Below, in pieces: positions 31,676 through 42,373 of a DNA stretch of 64,000 bases (positions are counted from its first letter, which is position 1; each line of letters starts with the position of its first letter). Location of the stretch: IMG/VR virus record IMGVR_UViG_3300012156_000141; one strand, given 5' to 3'. This DNA comes from a virus. A model generated the notes under the pieces. That model was not told where the DNA came from, did not search any database, and saw nothing but the letters and a program-made list of their open reading frames with translations. Made by a program: the position numbers and the translations under genes.

Positions 31676-31813
31676 TAAATAAAAAGAGCTTTCTTGGCTC
31701 TTTTCTATTATACCCAAATCATATGTCTTTTATATTAATAATATTATCTTTTTTTCAACACTAAAAAACCAACATAATATCTTCGTATATAGAAAAAGAA
31801 GAAAGGAGAACAT

Positions 31814-32125
31814 ATGAAAGCGATTAGTAATAGTGATTATAAGAAATATGGGTGTCTTAAGTGTGGATGTGACGCTGTAGTATTAGGAAGTTTCTATGGA
31901 AGAGGAACATATCCGGTGACTTGTCGTGAATGTAATGAAGAGTTCTTTGTATTGGCTGATGGTGTGAATGAATCTGCATTTTCAGTGAATGACAAGGGAT
32001 TTACTAAACTTCAGAAACATCCCAGGACAGGTATCCCATGGCACCCTTATAATGTCCAGGATACAAGACCAGAAGATGGTGGAAAATATTGGATATCCAT
32101 AATGTTTAGAAAGGAAAATGATTAA
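31814..32125 (+). CDS. Hypothetical zinc-ribbon protein
   Basis: CLKCGC and CREC; AAAGGAG RBS; CATAATA box at 31773. Confidence 0.75.
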   Translation: MKAISNSDYKKYGCLKCGCDAVVLGSFYGRGTYPVTCRECNEEFFVLADGVNESAFSVNDKGFTKLQKHPRTGIPWHPYNVQDTRPEDGGKYWISIMFRKEND

Positions 32126-32164
32126 TCTTTTAAGAAAGATGAAATCCCTATTGGAGGAAGAAAA

Positions 32165-32815
32165 ATGAATACGATAATGTCAATCAGAAAATCATATACT
32201 GATTTAATCTTTAGTAGAATCAAGCTATTAGAATTCCGAAATAAAATCGGAAAAGAAGTAAACCCTGGAGACAAGATATTTGTCTATGAAACAAAGCGTG
32301 GTACCGGCTCTGGCTCTGTAATTGGTTCCGTAACTATTGATTCAATTATTCAAATTCCACATCATAGAGTTGGAACATACTTTATTTTACCTTACTATGT
32401 TGAACAATTTGGTACAGAAGAAGATAGGGCCGCAGTTCATAAAGCAATGCAAGTGGATTTACTTGACTGTGATAATTCACTTGTATTATCATATCTATTT
32501 GATGATTATGTACTGGATCATATGTTGGAGTTTAGACAGCCTGTAGATCCATGGGAAGCCCTTTGTGAATCGCTGTATACTGGTAAGGCGTATTTAGAAA
32601 TAGAGAAAAAAACAAAAAATCTAAATAATGATTGCGATGCGTGGGCTAAATTAATTGGATATTATGATGAAGATGATATAAGCTACTGGAAATATGCAAT
32701 TAAACTGAAAAATCCAGTTAAATTCGATAAGGGCAAAAATATTGCCGAGTTTAGAGGCAGAGACGAAAGGTATTTGCAAAAAGCACCACAATCATGGTGC
32801 TATACAATAAACTAA
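32165..32815 (+). CDS. ASCH-domain protein
   Basis: IMSIRKSYTDLIFSRIKLLEFR, GDKIFVYET and terminal APQSWCY. Confidence 0.8.
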   Translation: MNTIMSIRKSYTDLIFSRIKLLEFRNKIGKEVNPGDKIFVYETKRGTGSGSVIGSVTIDSIIQIPHHRVGTYFILPYYVEQFGTEEDRAAVHKAMQVDLLDCDNSLVLSYLFDDYVLDHMLEFRQPVDPWEALCESLYTGKAYLEIEKKTKNLNNDCDAWAKLIGYYDEDDISYWKYAIKLKNPVKFDKGKNIAEFRGRDERYLQKAPQSWCYTIN

Positions 32816-32835
32816 GTTTGGGAAAGGAATAAAGA

Positions 32836-33009
32836 ATGTCGTTTATTTCAGAGTATCCATATCATATTGAGATTAATACCAAAAGAGAAGCTGCTGATAT
32901 TATAATGCACATGTGCAGAGATTGTGATTTAAAATATATATGCAGTGGAATGGAGTCCCGTAAATGCAATGAAGTTAAAGAATCAATAGTTAAGAGTTTT
33001 ACTGTTTGA
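32836..33009 (+). CDS. Small Cys-rich protein (57 aa, not in the ORF track)
   Basis: AAAGGA RBS; MSFISEYPYHIEINTKREAADIIMHMCRDCDLKYICSGMESRKCNEVKESIVKSFTV fills the gap between two genes. Confidence 0.65.
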   Translation: MSFISEYPYHIEINTKREAADIIMHMCRDCDLKYICSGMESRKCNEVKESIVKSFTV

Positions 33010-33026
33010 AATAAAGGAGAATATAT

Positions 33027-33701
33027 ATGTTAAATAGAATAACATTTACAGGAATAGATAATCATTGTAAAGTAAAAGAATTAATTACATTACAAAGTGA
33101 ATATCCATTTGTGGAATACGGTGTATTGGTCTCTATAAATAATACTAATAAAGGTATTGAAAAAAGATATCCTAATTTAGTTATGTTAAAAGGATTAAAA
33201 AAAGAAAACCTAAATTTGTCATTGCATGTTTGTGGAAAGGCAGCAAGAGAAATCATCACAAAAAATAACTTTGATCTTTTTTACAAGATGATTGGCAATT
33301 ATTTGCCAATGTTTCAAAGAATTCAATTTAATATTGCAGGATCAAAGAACTGTTTGCCGGTAACCTTTAATATGCAACAGCAAATTATAATTCAAACTGC
33401 ATCAATGGATACCAACCATTTAGAATTATTGCAATCATGTAATGAAAAAATTGTTGGTTTTCAAGATAATTCTGGTGGCAATGGCCAAGTGGAAAGTCTT
33501 TGGATGGAGACGGAATATTTTGGGTATGCTGGAGGGCTTGGCCCTGAAAATGTTGTTTCAGCAGTAGAGGAAATTCTTGAAGTCAGGGATAAGCCTTTTT
33601 GGATTGATATGGAAACGCATATAAGGACAAATGATAAATTTGATATAAATAAATGTAGGAGAGTATGTGAACTAATAACAGAAGCAAAAATGATTATATA
33701 A
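33027..33701 (+). CDS. TrpF-like (phosphoribosylanthranilate isomerase-like) TIM-barrel protein
   Basis: ITFTGID, LHVCG, DNSGGNG, GYAGGLGPENV, WIDMET. Confidence 0.7.
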   Translation: MLNRITFTGIDNHCKVKELITLQSEYPFVEYGVLVSINNTNKGIEKRYPNLVMLKGLKKENLNLSLHVCGKAAREIITKNNFDLFYKMIGNYLPMFQRIQFNIAGSKNCLPVTFNMQQQIIIQTASMDTNHLELLQSCNEKIVGFQDNSGGNGQVESLWMETEYFGYAGGLGPENVVSAVEEILEVRDKPFWIDMETHIRTNDKFDINKCRRVCELITEAKMII

Positions 33702-33724
33702 AAAAAGAGCCTAAAGCTCTTTTT

Positions 33725-34294
33725 TTAAGAACAATATACATTAACTGAGTATTGCTCGCCATTGTAATGTCGCTCATAAGTTAGTGTATTAAATTTACAA
33801 TGTTTCAATCTTGCGATAATGCTGTTGAAGTTTTCGATTTTATCTTTTCCAACAAAAAACCATTTTTTATTGTCGTTATCTATAAAACCGTTACCCTCTT
33901 CGCCTTCAAGTGCTGGATAAATAAGCCCTTTATAGAAGCGACCAAAATAGAAAAACAACCACCCATACAAACGTAACCCTTCAATCCCAGCAAAATCATC
34001 TTCATATTTAGGAAGGAGCCAGGGATCCTTTAACGTGATTTGAATTGTGTTTGTATATAAAGTCCCATTTCGGAAATCAATTCTATCCCAAAAATAAGTT
34101 TCTTTTCCTTGATGATATTTTAGGGTTATAACCTGTTTTTTTCTTGTTTCATAATAAAAAAGTGAAAGACATACCAATGCATTTATTATAAAACTCATTA
34201 AATTAAAAAGTGGTATATTAAACTCATATTCCCAAAATCCTATAGCAAAACCAACTATGAAAATCTTAAAACATCTGTAAATATTTTTCTTCAT
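33725..34294 (-). CDS. Hypothetical membrane protein
   Basis: Two N-terminal hydrophobic segments; AAGGAGG RBS; minus-strand CATACTA box at 34326-34332. Confidence 0.75.
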   Translation of the reverse strand: MKKNIYRCFKIFIVGFAIGFWEYEFNIPLFNLMSFIINALVCLSLFYYETRKKQVITLKYHQGKETYFWDRIDFRNGTLYTNTIQITLKDPWLLPKYEDDFAGIEGLRLYGWLFFYFGRFYKGLIYPALEGEEGNGFIDNDNKKWFFVGKDKIENFNSIIARLKHCKFNTLTYERHYNGEQYSVNVYCS

Positions 34295-34401
34295 TAAAAC
34301 TTCCTCCTTTTTTCATCTTTAGTATTAGTATGTAACTATTATTAAGTGATAAATGCCTCAAAAATAACATACTACATGTAAATAGAATTGAAGGAGTCTA
34401 A

Positions 34402-35286
34402 ATGGAAAATAAACTATTAAAGAAACTACTGTCGCTGTCTTTGATTTTAATGTTAGCAAGCATTCCAATGGTATCTTATGCGGCCAACATTAGAATGCCA
34501 ATAGCGACAGAAGAAATCATAAAGACAAATGGCAAAGTAACTGTAGATATATCTAATACTTCGCAAGGATATTGTATAATAAAGTACACTGGTAGTATTC
34601 CGAAAATCAAAGTACAGATTACTAAAGAATCAGTTGTGTATACATACGACCTGAATACCAGAGATAGTTATGAAACATTTCCATTCTCAGAGGGTAATGG
34701 AACATATTCAATCAAAGTATTCGAAAGTGTTGCTGGTAATCAATATTCACAAGCATTTAGCCAGGATGTTAATATTTTGCTTACCGACCAATTTTCACCG
34801 TTTCTATATCCAAACCAGTATGTGAATTTTAGTGAAGGAAGTGAGGTTATTCGAACTAGTGAGCAGGTGACAGCAGGGCTTACTGATAGGGTCAGTGTTG
34901 TAGCAGCTGTTTATGATTATGTTGTAAATAATCTTACTTATGACACAGTCAAAGCCAGTTCAGTACAGTCAGGATATCTTCCTGATTTAGATCAAGTATT
35001 GTCAACTAAAAACGCTATTTGCTTTGACTATGCGGCATTAATGACAGCAATGTTGCGTTCACAGGGAATCCCAACTAAGTTAGTGGTTGGATATACGGGC
35101 GGAGTATATCATGCTTGGATTAATGTGTACATCGATGCTCAGGGTTGGGTTGATAACTATATCTATTTTGATGGTCATAACTGGAAACTACTTGATCCGA
35201 CATTTGCCTCAACCGGAAAAGAAAGTGAAGCCGTTAAGCAGTATATCGGAAATGGCGGTAACTATCAAGCGAAATATTCGTATTAA
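34402..35286 (+). CDS. Secreted transglutaminase-like protein
   Basis: Signal peptide; AICFDYAALM, YHAWI, WKLLDPT triad. Confidence 0.9.
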   Translation: MENKLLKKLLSLSLILMLASIPMVSYAANIRMPIATEEIIKTNGKVTVDISNTSQGYCIIKYTGSIPKIKVQITKESVVYTYDLNTRDSYETFPFSEGNGTYSIKVFESVAGNQYSQAFSQDVNILLTDQFSPFLYPNQYVNFSEGSEVIRTSEQVTAGLTDRVSVVAAVYDYVVNNLTYDTVKASSVQSGYLPDLDQVLSTKNAICFDYAALMTAMLRSQGIPTKLVVGYTGGVYHAWINVYIDAQGWVDNYIYFDGHNWKLLDPTFASTGKESEAVKQYIGNGGNYQAKYSY

Positions 35287-35385
35287 TAAAAGCAGCTTTG
35301 GCAGCTTTTTTATTTTGCTTTTTGTTCCTTCTAAAATAACGCCATATTAGTTACAACAACGATTAATAGAGGAAAAGGAGTAAAA

Positions 35386-36747
35386 ATGAAAGTTGAAAAC
35401 AAATCAGATGGGTATCAGATAGTGTGTTGTGAGAGCCAATATTATGATTCATATGGGATTTCTTATACTGACCTAACAAAAGAACAAGTCAATATTCTTA
35501 AAAAAACGTATTATGTTAAATGTTGTATAGAAAAAAACAGAAAGGTATTAAGCGTTTTTGAGTTGAATTCATTGATTTATGATGGAGTTATAATATTTAC
35601 GGAGACAGAGATATGCCAATACATCTATAAAAATAATAAAATTCAGGTTGAGGGTGCTCAAATAAAATTAAGTGTTTTGCAAAATGAACTTAGAAATCCA
35701 GAAGTGTTTTTTGCATATGTAAAGGGCTTGTTGGGACAGGAGAAAGAATATCAAGATTGGTTTAAGTCGTTTCAGATTACCAGTGATGATTACTTCAAAA
35801 TATATTATATGATTTTACATGGTATGGATAACGTATTGAAACTATTCTTAAGAAAAGAATCATATGAAATGGCAATGCATCTTTTGAAGAAATGTATAAA
35901 TTATAGTACGATAGAAGAAAATTCAATTTTTGATTGGACCACAATAGCAATTATAGCAGAAAAATTTAATTCCATGAATGAAATCGAAAAATACAATGAA
36001 TTGATTTTTTCTAAAATGCATAATTTCATAAGTTGCTTCAGTCCATCAGAAAAATCATCAATCATTAATTTTGCTGAAATCATTAAATATATAAATGACA
36101 TATCTAAAGAAAAATTATCCATACATTTAGCGATGCGGATTATTAAATATTTATGTTACATAAAGCAGAAATTAAACAATACATCATTTTCAGAAATTGT
36201 TAACTATCTTTTAAAAGTACAATACAAAACATATGCTGTTGCCCTTGACTTAAAAGGATTCCATGAAGCAGCAACGCTTTGGGATGACTATCTTAATATG
36301 AAAGAAGATGAAGAACCAGATTTTCCAAGAAATTTAAAACAAAGCCATGATGTAGCTGTTAAGGTTTATAATGAGAAAATGAAACAAAATATGACATTAC
36401 AGAATTTTAAAAACGAAAGATTATTTAAAGAAGCTGTGGATTCTTATGAACATTTGGAACATACAGGAGATAATTACTGTATTGTTAAACCAAAGGAGCA
36501 AAAAGAACTAAATGAATTTGGTGAGAAGTTATCAAATTGTGTTGGGTCTTATATGCAACGTGTAATTGACAAAAGTTCTCAAATTCTTTGGTTGTTCAGT
36601 AACAATGAATTAAAACTGGCCCTTGAGGTGCAGGAAAATAACCTTGTACAAGCAAAAGGGTTTAGTAATAGAGTGCCAAATCAAGAAGAACAAAAATACC
36701 TTCAGGAATGGTGTGAGTATAATAATTTAAAAATAGTAACATATTAG
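35386..36747 (+). CDS. PcfJ-like domain protein
   Basis: WDDYLNM, FPRNLKQSHD, LSNCVGSY, VQAKGFSN. Confidence 0.8.
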   Translation: MKVENKSDGYQIVCCESQYYDSYGISYTDLTKEQVNILKKTYYVKCCIEKNRKVLSVFELNSLIYDGVIIFTETEICQYIYKNNKIQVEGAQIKLSVLQNELRNPEVFFAYVKGLLGQEKEYQDWFKSFQITSDDYFKIYYMILHGMDNVLKLFLRKESYEMAMHLLKKCINYSTIEENSIFDWTTIAIIAEKFNSMNEIEKYNELIFSKMHNFISCFSPSEKSSIINFAEIIKYINDISKEKLSIHLAMRIIKYLCYIKQKLNNTSFSEIVNYLLKVQYKTYAVALDLKGFHEAATLWDDYLNMKEDEEPDFPRNLKQSHDVAVKVYNEKMKQNMTLQNFKNERLFKEAVDSYEHLEHTGDNYCIVKPKEQKELNEFGEKLSNCVGSYMQRVIDKSSQILWLFSNNELKLALEVQENNLVQAKGFSNRVPNQEEQKYLQEWCEYNNLKIVTY

Positions 36748-36755
36748 GAGGAAAA

Positions 36756-37997
36756 ATGACAAAAGAATTATTAAAAGATTTGTATTATGGATTAAACCCT
36801 GATTTTAAAAAGCAATTAGATCAAGATATTATTGATAAAATTAGAAGACTTTTATTTCTCTCAAATTCCGAAGAGATTTTTTGTTTTTATTATTCGGAAC
36901 ATGATTGGCATTATTTTCACTCTTCCGATGGGAGTTTTGATAAAATAAGAGTCGATAAATATAGTAACTTCGACCAGAAAAAATTAAAGGAATTAAAAGA
37001 AAAATATTCACCGTATACTTTTTTCGAGTATGATGATTGCCTAATAAATTTTTCTAGCATTATAGAAACAATTGATTCGGCAGATAAATATATAATACAA
37101 ATATTACCAATAGGTATAATGTTTGATGAAATTGCAACAATACAGCCAACGAACAATGTGTTCTTTCTTGTCATCAATAAGAAAGATCATCAAGCTGAAG
37201 TGAGAAAAGATTATATATATGGATATGACATTTTTGGCATTGATAGTTCTGAAATTATAAAGAAAGATGACATTTATGAAGATATGGAATTTGAATTTTC
37301 ATCAATTTTTAATGAGCGAGCTTGTGAATATTTATATTCCATTACCAGACAATATATGTCCCAAATGATGCCTGGTTTAGAGACTCAGTGCTCATATTCT
37401 GATGATATTTGTGAGGCTATGTTTGATATTGAAAGAAAAATAAATTATCCTATATATGCAAATCCTAAACTGAATACTATTTTGGGAAGAAGTGATGTAA
37501 CAGTAGATAACCTAATCTTAAATGGATTTCATCCGGAGTGTTACAAAATAGAAGACTGTTTTGGAGTGTTCCTCAATACAGAAAAAGTATATTCTTTTGA
37601 GGACATTAAAGTTCTAAAAAAATGGCAAGCAGTTGTCTCTGACTCTAATCTAGGCACCTTATTAGCTCATTATGAAGAAAATAATAGAATCAAGCTAGGT
37701 GCATCAGGAATAGGACGGCTTTTAATTCTGTTTGAGCAAGTTTCTGAAGATAACGAAATGATTTTGAAGTTTATTATGCGAGGCATTGCTAATGAAAACT
37801 TAGATTGTTATCAAACAATTTTAGATGTCATGAAATTATATAATGAAAATCAAATAAAGAGTTGGAAAGGTAGATATTCTCAAACATTACTAAATAGATT
37901 TCAAAAGAGAAGTTCCAGTTGTTTTTCAGAAGAAGTACTTGATAAATTAGAGGTTAAACCAACCTTGGATAATTTATATAAACTGCTAATACTATAA
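36756..37997 (+). CDS. Hypothetical protein cotranscribed with the PcfJ-like gene
   Basis: 413-aa ORF with AGGAGG RBS 8 nt after the upstream stop. Confidence 0.8.
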   Translation: MTKELLKDLYYGLNPDFKKQLDQDIIDKIRRLLFLSNSEEIFCFYYSEHDWHYFHSSDGSFDKIRVDKYSNFDQKKLKELKEKYSPYTFFEYDDCLINFSSIIETIDSADKYIIQILPIGIMFDEIATIQPTNNVFFLVINKKDHQAEVRKDYIYGYDIFGIDSSEIIKKDDIYEDMEFEFSSIFNERACEYLYSITRQYMSQMMPGLETQCSYSDDICEAMFDIERKINYPIYANPKLNTILGRSDVTVDNLILNGFHPECYKIEDCFGVFLNTEKVYSFEDIKVLKKWQAVVSDSNLGTLLAHYEENNRIKLGASGIGRLLILFEQVSEDNEMILKFIMRGIANENLDCYQTILDVMKLYNENQIKSWKGRYSQTLLNRFQKRSSSCFSEEVLDKLEVKPTLDNLYKLLIL

Positions 37998-38187
37998 AGG
38001 ATACTATAAGTATCCTTTTTTAACAATCTATTAGCAAGACTCATATGCTATTAATTCAGATGAACCAAATTATGTATGTAGCCATAAAGCGGATGAGCCG
38101 GCACAAATAATATGACTTCTAATGTTCCTAAAGTTTTTGTTAAATTAAATCTTGCATATTATTTAAAACAGGAAATTGGAGGTAGAT

Positions 38188-38868
38188 ATGTTTATAGAAA
38201 AACTAAATGATGTAGAAATTATTTGCAAATTCACTCATAATGAGTTTTATGCCATGGGTTTCACAAATAATTTTATTGAGGAAATTAGAGCCAGTCAATC
38301 ATTTGTTGAAGCCTTGATGGACTTTGCTTTAGAAGAAACGAATATAAATAAGAAAAAAATCGGTTCTACACTAAACATTGAGATTGACCATGAAAAAAAA
38401 TTAGTAATAGCTACAATCGATTTTGGTTTTGGAGACTTCTTAAAACATTTTTTTGGTAGAGAATTTGATGATGAGTTGGGAATTGGAAAAGATTATAATA
38501 TAGATCATAGCAAAGAATATCAAAATTATAAAATGAAAATGAGAGAGTTTTTAGATCCGTCTTCTATAAGAGAAGAGAAACTAAAAAAAGATAGGTTATA
38601 TGTCATAAAAAGAAAAGATATTGATGATATTATTAACCTAACCTCTTTATTTGGTGATACTTTCCCAGAAACGAGTTCTTTATATAGGCAAGGTAATCAA
38701 TATAAGCTTGTATTTGGCATGAATGAACATGTAGATAAGGTTTTATTGGCTTTAGCTGATTTTGGCCAGGTGGAGACAATTACAGGGTCAAGGTTAGCCT
38801 ACATTATGGAACACAATGAGGCAATAATTAAAGAAGATGCTTTTAATAAACTTAAGCTCATGATTTGA
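38188..38868 (+). CDS. mecA: MecA-like ClpC adaptor protein (not the PBP2a gene)
   Basis: MFIEKLNDVEIIC N terminus; SSLYRQGNQYKL; LADFG...YIMEHNEAIIKEDAFNKL C terminus. Confidence 0.75.
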   Translation: MFIEKLNDVEIICKFTHNEFYAMGFTNNFIEEIRASQSFVEALMDFALEETNINKKKIGSTLNIEIDHEKKLVIATIDFGFGDFLKHFFGREFDDELGIGKDYNIDHSKEYQNYKMKMREFLDPSSIREEKLKKDRLYVIKRKDIDDIINLTSLFGDTFPETSSLYRQGNQYKLVFGMNEHVDKVLLALADFGQVETITGSRLAYIMEHNEAIIKEDAFNKLKLMI

Positions 38869-38946
38869 CATAAAAAGAGACACATCAGGTGTCTTTTTAG
38901 TTAACAAAAGATTGAAAATCTTCCATAATAATAATGGAGGTGTTTT

Positions 38947-39474
38947 ATGGAAAAATGCAGAATGATAACAATTGACGCTTCGACAACAGCCACTGGTATG
39001 GCCATTTTTGATAATGGTATTTATAATAATGTTACATTCTTTGAGTTAGATAGTAAGAAACTTAATATGGATGAGCGTTTTCCACTTATGACTAAATGGA
39101 TATATGATACACTAGAAAAATACAAGCCATATATTATTTATATAGAAGAAGCAGTAGTTACTAGAAATGCCAGAGAACAAAGGTTTTTAGCCAGATTGCA
39201 AGGTGTCATTTATGCTTACTGTTTAAAAAACGACTGTGAATTCAACACAATTGTCCCGACGGAATGGAGGAAATATTCTGGAATAGAACAGGGAGGCAAG
39301 AAAAGACCTGAATTAAAAGCAGCAGCAATAGAACTAGTCAAAACTAAGTATGGACTGATGGTTTCAGAGGATGAGGCTGAAGCTATTCTTATTGGGTATG
39401 CTGTTATAAAAAAATTTGAAGAATTAGAATACAAAATTAAAAAGCAGGTGAAAGATAAGCCTGCTTGCCATTGA
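38947..39474 (+). CDS. RuvC-like Holliday junction resolvase (phage/plasmid type)
   Basis: TIDASTTATG, YIEE, PTEWRK, EDEAEAILIG. Confidence 0.8.
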   Translation: MEKCRMITIDASTTATGMAIFDNGIYNNVTFFELDSKKLNMDERFPLMTKWIYDTLEKYKPYIIYIEEAVVTRNAREQRFLARLQGVIYAYCLKNDCEFNTIVPTEWRKYSGIEQGGKKRPELKAAAIELVKTKYGLMVSEDEAEAILIGYAVIKKFEELEYKIKKQVKDKPACH

Positions 39475-39484
39475 TTTTAGTAAT

Positions 39485-39799
39485 TTAATCTTTCATAAGT
39501 TTGCCCAGTTCGTTGACTATTCTTAAGCCATAGACATAACTTTCAACTTCGGAAATAAAATAATTATACCTTTCTATAGGTAAAAAACTCATAAAATTAT
39601 ACTTACAATTCATTGTAAAAAGATATTTAATTATTTTATTCCGAACTTGGTTAAAAGATTTGTGTATTTTTTCTTGTCGATCACGAATTTCTTTAATTTT
39701 AATTTTTTCTAAATATAACTCATCATATAATATAATTAATTTTTCTGAAAATTCTTCATCATTAAGCAGTGCTTTGATAAAATATTCATTCGTAATCAT
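39485..39799 (-). CDS. Hypothetical protein
   Basis: GGAGG RBS; minus-strand CATATTA box at 39832-39838. Confidence 0.7.
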   Translation of the reverse strand: MITNEYFIKALLNDEEFSEKLIILYDELYLEKIKIKEIRDRQEKIHKSFNQVRNKIIKYLFTMNCKYNFMSFLPIERYNYFISEVESYVYGLRIVNELGKLMKD

Positions 39800-39964
39800 C
39801 TTTAATTAGCCTCCATTCATAAATTTAAAAATAATATGTAATATGTATTCAATAAATAGAAAAAATATAAGCAATATATGTAAAATTGACTTGTATTATT
39901 TGAGATTAATCCTAGAAATTTTCTCACATATTGTTTTTATAAAATAGCAAATGGGTGATTACAT

Positions 39965-40376
39965 ATGTATTACAAGATTTTAGATAAAAGTATGAAGCAT
40001 TATGATTGCAGTACAAGGAAGGTTCGAATGTTGGTATAAAACCCTTTGACCCTAGTCCAGAGTGTGGAGGCAGCTTATTTTTTTCGGATGAGAAGAATAT
40101 ACTGAGTTTTTGTGGTTATGGTGATTTGATTGCAGAGGTAACAGTACCAGTAGGCGAGACGATTGTACCTGTAGGAAATAAGTATAAGGCTAACAAAATC
40201 ATTTTATATAATATCTGCATTTTGTGGGATATAAAAATTTTTAAGGAGTTAAAAAACAGGGAGTTAACATTCATGCCGATAATGACTATGCTTTGAGCTT
40301 GGCGGCATATAATGGTCATATAGAAGTCGTTAAATTTTTGAAGAATAAGACCAATCTTGGAAAAACAGAATGTTAA
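39965..40376 (+). pseudogene. Frameshifted third copy of the ankyrin gene
   Basis: ATG at 39965 reads MYYKILDKSMKHY; 1-nt losses near 40005 and 40256 relative to the intact copies; one residual repeat; upstream region homologous to 21111-21180. Confidence 0.88.
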
Positions 40377-40738
40377 TACAATTTGAAACCGTATAGATCA
40401 TTGAACAAAAAGGCTCATAATTATGAGTCTTTTATTTATGCTTATAAAAAAGAATTTATTATCAAATTTATAATTCATACTATTTATAACACAGAAAAGT
40501 AGAGTACATTTTGTTCTCACTTACTGTGATTGAAGCTGTTATATAAATGTCAACTGTGATTATTATATAAATTCAAAAACAGAAAAGGAGGATCTACTTT
40601 ATGAAGAACATGATTAATAAAATTAGAATACTGGTTTTGTTATGTGAGATATTAGTACAGAAATTTTTTTTGAAAATCGAAAAAAGAGATTGTCATTTAT
40701 TCACTAACAGCTATAATATGTATAGTGAGGTGTATAAA

Positions 40739-41749
40739 ATGAGAAAACAAAAAATTAGACAAATCGCTGCATTAGGCTTAGTAGTGGCTGTAGCAATGAG
40801 CAGTGGAACGAAGGTTATGGCTGCATCTTGGCAGCAAAATAGTACCGGTTGGTGGTATCAGGAAGATAATGGTGCCTGGCCAGCTGGAACTTGGAAATGG
40901 ATTGATGGAAAATGTTACTACTTTGATGGTAATGGCTATATGTTAGCTAATACCACAACTCCAGATGGATTCCAGGTGAATGCAAATGGCGAATGGGTTG
41001 TTGGTGGAGTGGTTCAGAATCAGGGAGCTTCTTCAACTACTACAAACACGAGTGCTCAATATCCACTGGCTGGAATGCTTTCACAGTTGGGACTGAATTA
41101 TACGGGTATTGTTGGATGGCATGATCTTGATGGCTGGGAGTCCAATTTACAGAATGGCTCCAGGCTTCCTTCAGAAGGCAAGTATTACTATACAAACCAA
41201 GGCTTTGGTTCTTTATATGCATTTGCATGTGCATTGTCTGGTGATGCATACCAGGGAGATTTGTTTGGTAGAACGGATCCGATTGAAGTGATTGCTGAGG
41301 CAAATAATGTTTCTTATGCTGAAGGCCAGCAGATGGTTAACATTGTTAGGGATTTCTTGAATTCATTTGATTGGAAGAACTCTAATGATGATGTAAAGGC
41401 AAGTAAAGCCGCGGAACTAATTACTAATGGAGCAAGGTATGATGCTGTATCAAGTTCTGGATATCTATCAGGAGTTTTATTGAACAAAGAAGGCGGATGT
41501 AATCACTATGCAAGTAGTTATCAAACATTGGGAAGGCTAATTGGGCTGGATGTCTTGCATGTTGTAGGTCCTGGACATCAATTCAATTATATCAAAATTA
41601 ATGGACAATGGAAGAAATTTGATGCTTCTGCAGTAGCTATGTATCATAGTGGAATTTCGTTTACCAATATTCCTCCTACAGAGGTAGATGCTGTTATATC
41701 TTTAGGTACATTAGACGCTAATGTTAAATCCATTTTAGGATTAAACTAA
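40739..41749 (+). CDS. Secreted cell-wall-binding protein with transglutaminase-like C-terminal domain
   Basis: Likely start MRKQK at 40739 (GAGGTG RBS); WQQNSTGWWYQ...TTTPDGFQVNANGEW; GGCNHYAS, GHQFN, WKKFD. Confidence 0.82.
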   Translation: MRKQKIRQIAALGLVVAVAMSSGTKVMAASWQQNSTGWWYQEDNGAWPAGTWKWIDGKCYYFDGNGYMLANTTTPDGFQVNANGEWVVGGVVQNQGASSTTTNTSAQYPLAGMLSQLGLNYTGIVGWHDLDGWESNLQNGSRLPSEGKYYYTNQGFGSLYAFACALSGDAYQGDLFGRTDPIEVIAEANNVSYAEGQQMVNIVRDFLNSFDWKNSNDDVKASKAAELITNGARYDAVSSSGYLSGVLLNKEGGCNHYASSYQTLGRLIGLDVLHVVGPGHQFNYIKINGQWKKFDASAVAMYHSGISFTNIPPTEVDAVISLGTLDANVKSILGLN

Positions 41750-41772
41750 AAGACTCCTTCGGGAGTCTTTTC
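41748..41772 (+). terminator. Intrinsic terminator
   Basis: AAAAGACTCC-TTCG-GGAGTCTTTT with a UUCG loop. Confidence 0.85.
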
Positions 41773-42373
41773 CATTAAAAACACACTTATACACCAAGCG
41801 CGTTTTATAATAAACTAAATTAACATGCGGCCTATCAGACGTTCCCGCATCTGACGGCATTTTTATTTTGGTTGATATGCGTCATATAAGACATCGAAAA
41901 AGCAACATTGACTTGTTGCTTTTTTATTGTCTAATTTTTGTAATTAAATAATATCAAAATATTAAGAAAAGGAAAAGTTACATATTATTTAACAGGATTA
42001 GCTTATAATAAAATTTGTTTTTTTAAATTAATTCATCATTTTACATGCAATATCATTCGTTATTCTAGAAAACAATGCATCGTTAAATCTATATTGAGAA
42101 GCATAGACTTTTCTACTTAGCCAATTTTGTTTTTGTCTTAATAGGAAAAACTTAAAAGAAGAGGAAAGTAATAATGAGATCAGAATCACTCTGTAGTTAA
42201 CTCTATTATGCCAACGAACACTCAGATCTACTTATGTTGTTCCTTGTGGCAGAGCCGAAAGCGCATAAATGTACTTTAATAACTGAATAAGAATTATCAT
42301 CAGAATTAGTTTTCATAAAAACTCTTATATGTTATAATATCTGGTAGTAAATATAGAAAAGAGGTGTTACGTT

